From a bacterium (lineage in GTDB: Bacteria; UBP15; UBA6099; DSWB01): a DNA stretch of 58,362 bases. The notes under the pieces were generated by a model. That model saw only the letters and a list, made by a program, of their open reading frames with translations, was not told where the DNA came from and made no database searches. This document shows positions 29,237-38,157 of this stretch, one piece after another (position 1 is the stretch's first letter; the number at the start of each line of letters is the position of its first letter). The stretch covers positions 1 through 58,362 of the forward strand of contig JAGUYV010000086.1 of NCBI GenBank assembly GCA_020061125.1, in the 5' to 3' direction. A program made the translations under genes and the position numbers.

Positions 29237-30097
29237 ATGAAAACAATGAGAAGCGCACTCGTGATGTTGCTGGCGGTGGCGGCTCTTGCATGGAGCGCGG
29301 CGCCGGCCTCGGCCATCACCGCCGACGAAGTCATCAAAAACGCCGTTGACGCCTATATGAAGCTTCAGAGCTACAGCTACACAAACAACAAGGAAGGCCT
29401 GGACACCTTTGCCAAGAAACAGGCGTCCAAGATGCAGGAAACCAACAAAGGTCTGGCCGACAGCGCGGGCGTCAAGGTCGAGGAGAAAAAGACCACGGGC
29501 GCGGACAAGATGACCTACGCCATGTACAACATCAAGTTCGCCAAGCCCTACATTCTGCAGATGCAGATTCTGCGCCTGGACCTGGCGCCGGATCTGGTGC
29601 TCAAGGGCAAATTCACTTACAACGCCGCCAAGGATCCCAAAACCTGGTGGGCGAAGCTGGCGGTCACGCCCACGCCGCTCAAGCGCTCGGTGAAAAAGGA
29701 CGACGCGTCCGGGTTCCTCACCATGGGCTGGGACGGTTTCCTGCTCGATCTCCAGAACTTCGCCGCCAATGGCAAAGTTAAGTACGCGGGGACCGCCAAG
29801 GCCCTGGGCGTGGAATGCCATGTTCTGGAAATCACCTTCCCGGACTGGAACAAGTTCAAACCCATAACCCCGGATTTCGCCAAGTTTAAAATCCCCGCGG
29901 ACATCCAGCACCTTGTAAAGGAAAATCTGGCCGATCCCAAGGAGAAGAAATATTCTTCAGTGAAATACTGGATCACCAAGAAGGATTTCCATGTCATCCA
30001 GGTCGAGAAATACCGCAACGGCAAATTCTACTGGCGCGACACCATCACCAAGATTAAGATCAACAACTTGAAAAAGGAAGATTTCAGCACCAAGTAA
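29237..30097 (+). CDS. Secreted LolA-like / outer-membrane lipoprotein-sorting-like protein
   Basis: Signal peptide MKTMRSALVMLLAVAALAWSAAPASA. TADEVIKNAVDAYMKLQSYSY is an opening typical of LolA-fold proteins. The protein is Lys-rich. AAAGGAGA lies upstream of the ATG. The functional call is tentative. Confidence 0.6.
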   Translation: MKTMRSALVMLLAVAALAWSAAPASAITADEVIKNAVDAYMKLQSYSYTNNKEGLDTFAKKQASKMQETNKGLADSAGVKVEEKKTTGADKMTYAMYNIKFAKPYILQMQILRLDLAPDLVLKGKFTYNAAKDPKTWWAKLAVTPTPLKRSVKKDDASGFLTMGWDGFLLDLQNFAANGKVKYAGTAKALGVECHVLEITFPDWNKFKPITPDFAKFKIPADIQHLVKENLADPKEKKYSSVKYWITKKDFHVIQVEKYRNGKFYWRDTITKIKINNLKKEDFSTK

Positions 30098-30158
30098 TCC
30101 TCCTCCGGGCGCGCCCGTGCCAGTTCCTGCGGAAGCGCGCACTCAATCCGCAATCACC

Positions 30159-30194
30159 ACGAATCATCGCGTTGTCAGCGATGATTCGTTTTTT
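30159..30194 (+). terminator. Rho-independent terminator
   Basis: A 12-bp stem pairs ACGAATCATCGC (30159-70) with GCGATGATTCGT (30178-89), with a 7-nt loop. The T run 30189-30194 begins in the last stem position. Confidence 0.75.
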
Positions 30195-30369
30195 ATGCGC
30201 CATTTCCGTTCTTTTGTTTCGATGCCGGATTTCTCACCAAAGCGGACTTCCCCTAACCTCTACTCGCTACTTTTTCACCCTACACCCTGTTTTTCCCTTT
30301 TGGCGCCAAGCTGTCCGCGGCGCGCTATAATGTTTCCAATTACCGAAAAGGCAGTCCCGTTCCGTCATT

Positions 30370-31797
30370 ATGGCCAAAGTTCTGCTCGTACAGAAAACCT
30401 ACCTTGAGATGTTCGGCGTGATGAGCATTGCGGCCGTGCTCAAGGACAAGGGGCACGCCGTTCGGGTCAGCCTGGAGCGAGGCGCGCGCCTGGCGGAGAT
30501 CGCGCGGGACTTCGCGCCGGATGTGATCGGCGTGTCCACGGTGAGCATGAACGCGCACGCCAACCTGCGGGATGCGGACCTGCTCAAGCAAGCGTTGCCG
30601 ACAGTGCCCATAGTGTTCGGCGGCGTGCATCCGACCTTTTTCCCGGAAATCATCGAGCAGCCGTGCGTGGACGCTGTGTGCCGCGGCGAGGGCGAATTTG
30701 CATTCGCGGAATTCGTGGAAGAGCGCGCAGCGGCGCGCACCGGTGCGGGCATCGCCAATCTCTGGGTCAAATCAAATGGCGATGTCTTCCGCAATCCTCC
30801 CCGCGAGCCGATTCACGACATTGACGGCCTGCCGTTCCCGGACCGGTCGGTTTATTACGACCATTACCCGTTTCTGAAAAACAACCCGGTCAAGAATTTT
30901 CTGCTATCGCGCGGGTGCCCGTTCCAGTGTTCTTTCTGCTTCAACCAGCCATACCGCGAGGTTTACCGCGAATGCGGACACACCGTGCCGCAGCGCCGCC
31001 GTTCGCCCCTGCGAGCAATACAGGAAATCGAGGATTTCGCGGCCCGATGGCCCCTGGATAAAATCGCGTTTCAGGATGAAAATTTCTGCCTGGACAAAAC
31101 CTGGCTCTTCGAGTTTCTGGACCTGTATAAGTCACGGGTGAACCGGCCGTTCTTCTGCATGGTCAACGCATTCCTGGCTGACGAGGACATCATCGCCGCG
31201 CTCAAGAGCGCGGGTTGCTATCACACCACATTCGGCCTTGAAAGCGGAGACGAAAATCTGCGCCGCAATGTGTTGCGCAAAAAAGCCACGGACGCCCAGA
31301 TCCGCGAGACTTCGCGCCTGCTGCACAAGCATGGCGTCACCTTCCACACCACGAACATATTCTGTTTTCCCGGAGAGACCGTACAGAGCGCGGTCCGGAC
31401 CCTGCGGCTGAATGCGGAGATCCGGCCCGAATCCGCAGTGGCTTTCAATTACATGCCGTTCGCCAATCTGCCGCTGACCAACGAGGCCGTGAAGCAGGGG
31501 TGGATCAGCGCGGAGGCCGCTCGCGACTGGGAACGCCTGCCGCGCGTCATTGTGCGCATTCCCAACTGGAGACGCATTCGCAGACTCAAGCTCATGTTCG
31601 GTGCGGGCGTGCGTTTTCCGGTTCTCATTCCCCTGATCATCGCTGCAAGTTCCCTTCCGCTCGGGCCGCTCTTCGCCTTTTTGTCAAAAACCATGGAAGC
31701 CCTGGATTACTTCACCAGAAACCGGCAGAACATCCCCTATATGATCAGAAACTTCTTTCAATTGCGAAGGCTGTACAAGAGCTATTTCTATGAATGA
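30370..31797 (+). CDS. B12-binding-domain radical SAM protein
   Basis: N-terminal B12-binding-like Rossmann segment (VLLVQKTY...AAVLKDKGHAV). Cluster motif SRGCPFQCSFC (CxxxCxxC). The substrate cannot be inferred. Confidence 0.85.
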   Translation: MAKVLLVQKTYLEMFGVMSIAAVLKDKGHAVRVSLERGARLAEIARDFAPDVIGVSTVSMNAHANLRDADLLKQALPTVPIVFGGVHPTFFPEIIEQPCVDAVCRGEGEFAFAEFVEERAAARTGAGIANLWVKSNGDVFRNPPREPIHDIDGLPFPDRSVYYDHYPFLKNNPVKNFLLSRGCPFQCSFCFNQPYREVYRECGHTVPQRRRSPLRAIQEIEDFAARWPLDKIAFQDENFCLDKTWLFEFLDLYKSRVNRPFFCMVNAFLADEDIIAALKSAGCYHTTFGLESGDENLRRNVLRKKATDAQIRETSRLLHKHGVTFHTTNIFCFPGETVQSAVRTLRLNAEIRPESAVAFNYMPFANLPLTNEAVKQGWISAEAARDWERLPRVIVRIPNWRRIRRLKLMFGAGVRFPVLIPLIIAASSLPLGPLFAFLSKTMEALDYFTRNRQNIPYMIRNFFQLRRLYKSYFYE

Positions 31798-31821
31798 ACG
31801 CTCCTGCTCACGCGCGGGGAT

Positions 31822-32604
31822 TCATGATTTCTTTTTTGAGTGGGGATATTTCTTCTGCAACGATTTGAGCGCGTTTTCCGGGGATGCTTTGAAGCGCTGT
31901 TCAAATTTTGCCTCGAACACGCTATCTTTCTTGAGATCCTTGAGAAACGCCAGAATCACGGCACTGGAGAATTGCGATTCCATCTCGCGCATCAGGAGAT
32001 ACGCGCCGATGTAGGCGGATTGCGCACGCGCGGGCTTTTGTTTCTGCGTGAGCGCCAGGCACAGCTCCTTGAGCGTTCCGCGCCACACATGCTCATGCTC
32101 TTTGTTCTTCACAAGGTCTTCGAATTCCTTGCTGATCAGCCCGGATAGGCCCTCCTCGAACCAGAGCGGGAGCTGTAACTTGACCGACTGCTCAAGGGCC
32201 ATGTGCGTGTATTCGTGCGTGAGGGCGGTGAGCAGGGCGCCGCGTTCCGCGAGAATTTGAGGCGGCTGGATGTGCAGCATTCCGCCCGTCCACACCGCGG
32301 AGTGCCACCACGGCGCGCCCGTGGTGGAAACATAGGAAGGCGTGTCCGGATAGACGCGCATTTCGAGCCGTTCGCGCAGTTCCGAACCGAACCATTTTTC
32401 AACGGATTCCCTGGCCTTGCCGCATGCAGTCAAAAGGGCCTCGATCTGCGCTTCGGGCATGGAGCGCGGATAATGAGCCACCACGCGGTTTGCACGCACC
32501 GTGCGCCATTCCGGCGGCTGCGCCTGTGCGCAACGGGGCAGGGCGGCGCACAGCAGCGCAATCAGAATCAGCGCCGCGGCAGTTGCGGAAACAGCCCGTC
32601 CCAC
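31822..32604 (-). CDS. Peptidase_MA-like zinc metallopeptidase, secreted
   Basis: HExxH motif in LTHEYTHMALEQ, with a downstream Glu in WFEEGLSG. There is no in-frame ATG near the signal peptide (AALILIALLCAALPRCAQA). The start is proposed at GTG 32602-32604, overlapping the SpoIID gene end by 37 nt. The upstream part of the ORF (to 33006) is rejected. Confidence 0.6.
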   Translation of the reverse strand: MGRAVSATAAALILIALLCAALPRCAQAQPPEWRTVRANRVVAHYPRSMPEAQIEALLTACGKARESVEKWFGSELRERLEMRVYPDTPSYVSTTGAPWWHSAVWTGGMLHIQPPQILAERGALLTALTHEYTHMALEQSVKLQLPLWFEEGLSGLISKEFEDLVKNKEHEHVWRGTLKELCLALTQKQKPARAQSAYIGAYLLMREMESQFSSAVILAFLKDLKKDSVFEAKFEQRFKASPENALKSLQKKYPHSKKKS

Positions 32605-33758
32605 TCCTGCACCTCCACGCCCGGAAAGTAGTATTTGATAATCTCTTTGTAATTGTGTCCCTTGCGTGCCATGCCCACCGCGCCCCACTGGCTCATGCCC
32701 ACACCGTGACCCAGTCCGCGCCCGGTGAACAGGATGCGTCCGCTTTTGCTCACGGCCTCGAACCAGTCGCTTTTCAGATAATTCCAACCCAGCGCGCGGC
32801 CCACTGCGGTCTGAAATTCCTGTCCGGTCATGGATACGGTTTTGGCGCTCAATGTGATTTCGACTCGCGAAGCGCGCCCATGCGGGGTGCGATCCGTAAC
32901 CCGCACTCCCAGGATGGTTCCGTTGAATGCCTCGAACCCGAGCTTTCGAATTTCGGCCGCAGTCAAAATCGAGTCCCAGCGGTGGTGCGGGGAAATCTCG
33001 GACCACGGGTCGTCCACACCTTTGAGATAAGGGGGCGTATCGCCGCCCCAGGCGCTGGCCGGGTCCGTGGTGCGGCCGCCGGATGTTGAGTGATAAAAAG
33101 CGTCAATGAGCTGACCGTTCCAGGTGGCCACCAGGCCCGATGTGCGCCGTGCGGCTTCGCGGCCGCGTTTGGTTTCCCCGTCAATTCCCTTGTAAACCTG
33201 GCAATGGGTGAGATCGCAAATGCCGGCGGATCCGTGCTTCATGCGGTTCTTGAGCGCCCAGGTACGGGCGAGCACGGCCTGGGCCTGCATGGCTGCCGGC
33301 TGATCTGAATCCAGCTCCCCGGAGGTCACGGAAGCCACATAATCTTCGAGCGGCACGATATTGCTGATTGTCAATTCCGCGGCGCCGGCCTCGACCACAA
33401 GCCGTCCGTGATAACATCGCGAAACCTTGCCCGCAATCTCCGCGCATACCGGATCGCTGATGTTGGAAACGGTTATGGCGCGGTATTTTTCCGTCTCCGC
33501 GCCTCCGCAGCGAATGCCCAGGGAATTGCCAACCAGGGATATGCCGCAGGCCTGCGCCTGCTTTTTCTCGGTGCCGAGCTGTGCGGTGAGGGAGGACTCC
33601 CCTCTGCTGTACAGGCGCACGCTTTGCGGGTTGTAGGAAGACAGCACCATGACGGTGACATCGGGCTGGATGCGCGCGGGGTCCGGGCGCTGCGCCATGG
33701 CGGGACCGCTGCACGCGGCCAGCAGGAATACAAGAAGAAGGATTCTCTTAAAGAGCAT
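32568..33758 (-). CDS. SpoIID/LytB-domain lipoprotein (peptidoglycan lytic-transglycosylase-like)
   Basis: Lipobox LLAAC. SpoIID hallmarks YHSTSGGRT, PYLKGVDDPW and GHGVGMSQWGA. Confidence 0.85.
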   Translation of the reverse strand: MLFKRILLLVFLLAACSGPAMAQRPDPARIQPDVTVMVLSSYNPQSVRLYSRGESSLTAQLGTEKKQAQACGISLVGNSLGIRCGGAETEKYRAITVSNISDPVCAEIAGKVSRCYHGRLVVEAGAAELTISNIVPLEDYVASVTSGELDSDQPAAMQAQAVLARTWALKNRMKHGSAGICDLTHCQVYKGIDGETKRGREAARRTSGLVATWNGQLIDAFYHSTSGGRTTDPASAWGGDTPPYLKGVDDPWSEISPHHRWDSILTAAEIRKLGFEAFNGTILGVRVTDRTPHGRASRVEITLSAKTVSMTGQEFQTAVGRALGWNYLKSDWFEAVSKSGRILFTGRGLGHGVGMSQWGAVGMARKGHNYKEIIKYYFPGVEVQEWDGLFPQLPRR

Positions 33759-33825
33759 TGTGTTGATGATGCCGGTCTCCCGTGTGAGCGGCTCATGGCC
33801 GCGTGTGATGAATTATGAAGCGCTG

Positions 33826-34857
33826 TCAGTAAAACTTGCACTGGTGCCAGGCCTGCATGATGCGCCGTGCCGCGGGCGCGGCGTCGCGTCCGCCTTCGCC
33901 CCGCTCAAGAAATACTACCACGGCGGCCTCGGGATCGTCCACGGGCGTGTAGCCGATGAACCAGGCATGCGTGCGCGGTCCGGCCGCGTGACGCGCTGTG
34001 CCGGTCTTGCCCGCCGAGGAATAACCCATGTTGGCCAGGGCATGGCAGGTGCCAAGCGGAGAGGTGACGCATTGCTCCATGCCCGCGCGCACCACGGCCA
34101 GGGCTTCGGCGGAATCCATGGCCGGGGAAAGGCCCATAAGGTTTTTTTGGGGAAGCGCGAATGTGTCCGTGCGCACCCGTTCCGGTTTGAAAACGCGTCC
34201 GCCATTGGCCAGCGCCGCCGTGAAAACGGCCATCTGAAGGGGCGTGGCGCGGAACTCCGGTGTATCCCCGGCTGCGAAGCGCGACACAAGTTCCGGCGTA
34301 AGCGTTCCCGGTATTCTACCCGAATCTTCCTTAATGCCGTAATCGGAAAGAGATATGCCAGTGGTTTTTCCGAATCCGAACCGGGACGCCAGCGCGGACA
34401 TTTTAGAACCATTAATCCTCGCACCCAGGGTGTAGAAGTAAATGTTGCAGGATTGCGCCAGAGCCTGGGCCATGTCCAGGCTGCCATGCCCGCCGTGCAG
34501 CCAGCAGGGATAATCGTGTCCGTGCAATGAGGTAACGCCCTTGCAGGGCAGCATGAGATTGGGCGATGCCGCGCCCTGTTCCAGAGCCGCGAGCGCCGCA
34601 AGGGGCTTGAGCGCGGAGCCAACGGGAAAGGATCGGCCCGCTGCAATCCTGGGATTTACGAGCGCGAGGACACGGCCCGAGCGTACATCCATGACCACCG
34701 CGGCGCCGTTCTTGCCCGCAAGCGCATCCTGGGTCCGGTCTTGAAGTTTTTGCAGATTTATCTGCACGGACTCGTGTTTGCTCGCGCATCCCGAACACCA
34801 TGCGATCAAGGCACAAAGAAGGATAAGGATTTTTTTATTGGGGGTCCGGTCCGGCAC
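33826..34857 (-). CDS. Penicillin-binding transpeptidase-domain protein lacking the class-B pedestal domain
   Basis: SxxK (GSALKP), SxN (SCN) and KTG (GKTGTA) motifs, and the GAAVVMDVRSGRVLALVNP opening of a transpeptidase domain. About 343 aa. Start proposed at GTG 34855-34857 (VPDRTPNKKILILLCALIAWCSGC), overlapping the VanW gene end by 23 nt. ATG 34893 is the alternative. Confidence 0.75.
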   Translation of the reverse strand: MPDRTPNKKILILLCALIAWCSGCASKHESVQINLQKLQDRTQDALAGKNGAAVVMDVRSGRVLALVNPRIAAGRSFPVGSALKPLAALAALEQGAASPNLMLPCKGVTSLHGHDYPCWLHGGHGSLDMAQALAQSCNIYFYTLGARINGSKMSALASRFGFGKTTGISLSDYGIKEDSGRIPGTLTPELVSRFAAGDTPEFRATPLQMAVFTAALANGGRVFKPERVRTDTFALPQKNLMGLSPAMDSAEALAVVRAGMEQCVTSPLGTCHALANMGYSSAGKTGTARHAAGPRTHAWFIGYTPVDDPEAAVVVFLERGEGGRDAAPAARRIMQAWHQCKFY

Positions 34858-36196
34858 GCACGATCCTTTTGGCGCCTCGATAGCGCAACACATCGCCGCT
34901 CTTGTTGGCCATGCGTTCTTCGACAACGCGGCCATCATTGTAGGTGAACTTGCGGTACAGGGCCGCGGACATGCCGCTGGCGCCCTTGCTCACAACCACG
35001 CGCTTGCCCGGCTCCAGGGTTTTGTCAACGGTCACTTTTTCACCGGGAAAGAACCGGCCCCACCATTCGCTGCGCAGTTCCACCTTGAATCCCGGCTTGA
35101 ATTCACTGTAAAGAGACACGGTGAACACGCCCTGCGTGGCGGTTGCGAACACGAACACGCTGTGCTCGTGGGGATTGCGGAATTTGAGATCGATCTGTCC
35201 GTAGGCCACAGCCGCGTCGCGTCCGGGATCCACATACGCGCTCGCCTGGCTGTGCGGCATCCAGTCGAACTCGTCCATGCCTGCGATCAGGGCCGCGTTG
35301 AACAGGGTGCTGCTGGGCTGGCACGCGCCACCGCCCCAGTCATCCTCGAACCGGCCGTTGGCGATCACGGGCGCGAGAAAAAAGCCATTGTCACGGTTTC
35401 GTTCGCCCACCGTGTCATTGTAGGAAAAGACGCCGCCCGGTTTGATTTCATGTCCCGTGAGCAGGTCCGCCACGCGGCGCAGGTTCTTGGTGCGGTTGAT
35501 TTTGCCTTCGCTGAATTTGGTCTGAAAGGTTGCCAGAGGGCTGTTGAAATCAATTTTTCTGAACTTGTCTTCGGTGATTTCCGCAAGCAGCGTGCGCACG
35601 GGCAGGGCGATGCGCTTTCCGTGATACAGCGCCAGCGCGCGCAGGATGGCTTTGCGTGCGGCATCCCGGTCAAGCGCCTGTCCGTCTTTGTGCCGCGACC
35701 AGGTTTTTGTGTCCCAGTCCATGACAGCGTTCACGGGTTGCCGGTCAATTCTTAGTGCGGTCAGTTCGATAAGCGCGCGCACGGCCGCGGCGTCCCAGTG
35801 CGCCTGCACCGGCACATCCATGCCCCTGCGGTAAACCCTGTGCCTCTCGGCGAGTTTTCTCCCGAAAGGCTTGTCCCGGCCGACGGCCGCGGCGCGCGAT
35901 ACGGCGGTCTCAAGGTCCACCCGGTATGACAGTTCATCAAGGTCAATATTAAAATTCTTGCCCGCGGCGCTGATTTTAAATTCACTCGGTATCTGGAACT
36001 TCTTGTGCCTGCGGAGTAAGAGCAGGGCCTGCTGTTCGGTAAGCCCGCCCACGGGCACGCCGCCTATTGTGACGCCCAGCGGGATGCGCTGCGCCACATC
36101 CGGATACACCGCCACCCGCGCCACCAGCGCGGCCGCATGGAATGCGCTCACTGCTGCCAGCACAATTGCGATTTTCAGGATTGTGGTTCTGTTCAT
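34835..36196 (-). CDS. VanW-family protein with N-terminal anchor, PG-binding-like region and C-terminal G5-like domain
   Basis: A transmembrane helix (ILKIAIVLAAVSAF), then GVTIGGVPVGGLTEQQA. VanW core FSYNDTVGERNRDNGFFLAPVI...GGGACQPSSTLFNAAL. C-terminal KVTVDKTLEPGKRVVVSKG... Confidence 0.85.
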   Translation of the reverse strand: MNRTTILKIAIVLAAVSAFHAAALVARVAVYPDVAQRIPLGVTIGGVPVGGLTEQQALLLLRRHKKFQIPSEFKISAAGKNFNIDLDELSYRVDLETAVSRAAAVGRDKPFGRKLAERHRVYRRGMDVPVQAHWDAAAVRALIELTALRIDRQPVNAVMDWDTKTWSRHKDGQALDRDAARKAILRALALYHGKRIALPVRTLLAEITEDKFRKIDFNSPLATFQTKFSEGKINRTKNLRRVADLLTGHEIKPGGVFSYNDTVGERNRDNGFFLAPVIANGRFEDDWGGGACQPSSTLFNAALIAGMDEFDWMPHSQASAYVDPGRDAAVAYGQIDLKFRNPHEHSVFVFATATQGVFTVSLYSEFKPGFKVELRSEWWGRFFPGEKVTVDKTLEPGKRVVVSKGASGMSAALYRKFTYNDGRVVEERMANKSGDVLRYRGAKRIVRAGPDPQ

Positions 36197-36236
36197 TGCA
36201 TCCGAGCCGCACGCGCGATGTCGTTAATTATCAATA

Positions 36237-36264
36237 ATTGTACAGCCCGGCGGACCGGATTCAA
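36237..36264 (-). promoter_or_regulatory. Sigma-70-type promoter for the VanW/PBP/SpoIID/peptidase operon
   Basis: The minus strand reads TTGAAT (36264-59), a 16-nt spacer, then TACAAT (36242-37), about 40 nt upstream of ATG 36196. Confidence 0.45.
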
Positions 36265-36283
36265 TGATCGCAAAACAGCCGCT

Positions 36284-37009
36284 TCAGTGGCGCAGAGACA
36301 AAAGCCCGGGAAGTTGCGCGAGTGTTGTGATTCGTGGAGCGGGAGCAGCCGGATTTCTGTTGAAGCGGTCAATAAGCACCCCGCGCACGCCCGCGGCGGC
36401 GGCGCCTCGCACATCGTCAACCGGATTGTCGCCCACCATCACGCAATCATCGGGCGCAACGCCCGCGCGCTCCATGGCAAGTGCGTAGATTTCCGGGTCC
36501 GGCTTCTGCATGTTGACTTCGGCGGACACAATGAACGGATCGAAAAATCCCCGCAGGCCGCGCAGCTCGAATACGCCCTGGAGCATGGTGGAAAAATTGG
36601 AAATCACGCCCAGCCGGAACCCGCGCTCTTTCAATATCTGTAGTGTGGGCAGTGAATTCGGAAACAGATCGAAGGAATGAAACTGCCTATAGAAATAGTA
36701 GATCTTGAGTCCCAATGCACGGGCGTCTCCGCTGTAATCGAGGCGCGAGACCAGGCGCTCGTACACATCGCCCCAGAATTCCTCATCCGCCTCGTCTGAC
36801 ACCGCATAGCGCCGCCCGGAATGGATCTCCGAGATCAGATATTGCACTGCGTCCGCGCTGTGCTTTTCCAGATCTTCTCGTTTCACCTCGAACCCGTTTT
36901 CATGCAGCACATGCTGAATGCCGTCGCGGAACTCCGGCACAGGCTGTATCAGCGTCATGCCCGCATCGAAAAAAACCATGCGGCAGGGAATGCTTCCGTT
37001 GTCATGCAT
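36284..37009 (-). CDS. HAD-superfamily hydrolase (subfamily IA)
   Basis: Motif I VFFDAGMTL, then GVISNFS and MVGDNPVDDVRGAAAAG. Start at ATG 37007-37009, overlapping the GNAT stop by 8 nt (ATGCATGA). Confidence 0.85.
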   Translation of the reverse strand: MHDNGSIPCRMVFFDAGMTLIQPVPEFRDGIQHVLHENGFEVKREDLEKHSADAVQYLISEIHSGRRYAVSDEADEEFWGDVYERLVSRLDYSGDARALGLKIYYFYRQFHSFDLFPNSLPTLQILKERGFRLGVISNFSTMLQGVFELRGLRGFFDPFIVSAEVNMQKPDPEIYALAMERAGVAPDDCVMVGDNPVDDVRGAAAAGVRGVLIDRFNRNPAAPAPRITTLAQLPGLLSLRH

Positions 37010-37544
37010 TACTCTTGTTCTCCAGTGCGCGGAACTCGCGATCGAGGATGCCCATGACCGCCACATCATAATAGCAGCCATTGCGGAACAGCGCATCCCG
37101 GTGCACGCCCTCGGGGCGGAATCCGCATTTTTCATAGCAGGCCCGGGCGCGGCTGTTGTGCGCATAGTGGTACAGATTGACCCTGTGCAGGTTGAGTTCA
37201 TGGAACGCGAAACGCAGCAGAGCGCGCACCGCGTCCTCTCCGTACCCGCGGCTCCGGTAACGAGCTTCCCCGATGAGGATTCCGAGGTGCGCGTTCCGGT
37301 TCTTCCAGTCTATCTGGTGAAGGCCGATGCTGCCGATGTGGATACCGCGCTTTGTGCAGATTGCGAACACATGGTCGCTGTTGCTTTCAAGCATTTCATC
37401 GTACCACTTGCGCGTAGCGCGGAGCGGAATGGGACGATGCAGAGTCAACCACTGGCGCACATCCGGATCGTTGACCCACCGGTTGGCGTTCTTGAGGTGT
37501 TCCGGCTCCAGGGCGTGCAGTTCGGTTTTGTTTCCGGGTATCAT
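37002..37544 (-). CDS. GNAT-family N-acetyltransferase (RimJ/RimL-like)
   Basis: Acetyl-CoA motif RSRGYGEDAVRALLRFAF. Start moved to ATG 37542-37544 (MIPGNKTELHALEPEHL). Confidence 0.85.
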   Translation of the reverse strand: MIPGNKTELHALEPEHLKNANRWVNDPDVRQWLTLHRPIPLRATRKWYDEMLESNSDHVFAICTKRGIHIGSIGLHQIDWKNRNAHLGILIGEARYRSRGYGEDAVRALLRFAFHELNLHRVNLYHYAHNSRARACYEKCGFRPEGVHRDALFRNGCYYDVAVMGILDREFRALENKSNA

Positions 37545-37566
37545 GATTCCATCTCCCGAGCTTGTG

Positions 37567-37989
37567 CTAAAAAGAAACCAAGTCGAGGCGTCTGGCCGCG
37601 TCCAGGGCGTGCTCCAGAATGAGGGCGTGATCGAACGCAAGATCCGCGGGCTGTCCTGGCACGAAGAGAGCGGCCTCGGCCGCGTCGTCCGCGCCTTGCA
37701 GTTCGCCTGACACGGCGCGCGCGATGTACACCACGCTCACGGTGTGGCCGCGCGGGTCGCGCGCGGGATCGCTGTACACATTCAGCAGGGCCAGCAATTC
37801 GATGTCCAGGCCGGTTTCCTCTCTGGCCTCGCGAACAGCCGCGGCTTCCACGGTTTCGCCAATGTCCACAAACCCGCCGGGCAATGCCCACTGACCCTCG
37901 TACGGCGGGTTCTTTCTCCTGATTAAAACATATTCGCCATCCTTGAAAATCACGGCGTCCACGGTCAGCAGCGGGCATTTGGGCGGCAT
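37567..37989 (-). CDS. NUDIX hydrolase
   Basis: Complete Nudix box [24 protein letters not shown]. Confidence 0.9.
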   Translation of the reverse strand: MPPKCPLLTVDAVIFKDGEYVLIRRKNPPYEGQWALPGGFVDIGETVEAAAVREAREETGLDIELLALLNVYSDPARDPRGHTVSVVYIARAVSGELQGADDAAEAALFVPGQPADLAFDHALILEHALDAARRLDLVSF

Positions 37990-38157
37990 GGTGTTGTCCC
38001 CCGGGGTTTGGATTATAATATCAAAATGTTTGCGCGCGTTGCGTGCGCTTTAATGAGACTTTTCCGGCGCTTGTCCGCCGCACGCCATAGATGCGCATCA
38101 CACCGGAGCACGCTCGGTTCATCAGTAATTATGAAAAACGCACAATGGGAATGCAAC

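Noticed and set aside
30195-30407. 70-codon ORF upstream of and overlapping the radical SAM gene, considered as a possible RiPP precursor
   Set aside because: It starts immediately after the terminator T tract with no ribosome-binding site. Its T-rich codon usage is unlike the neighbouring genes, and it overlaps the enzyme start out of frame.
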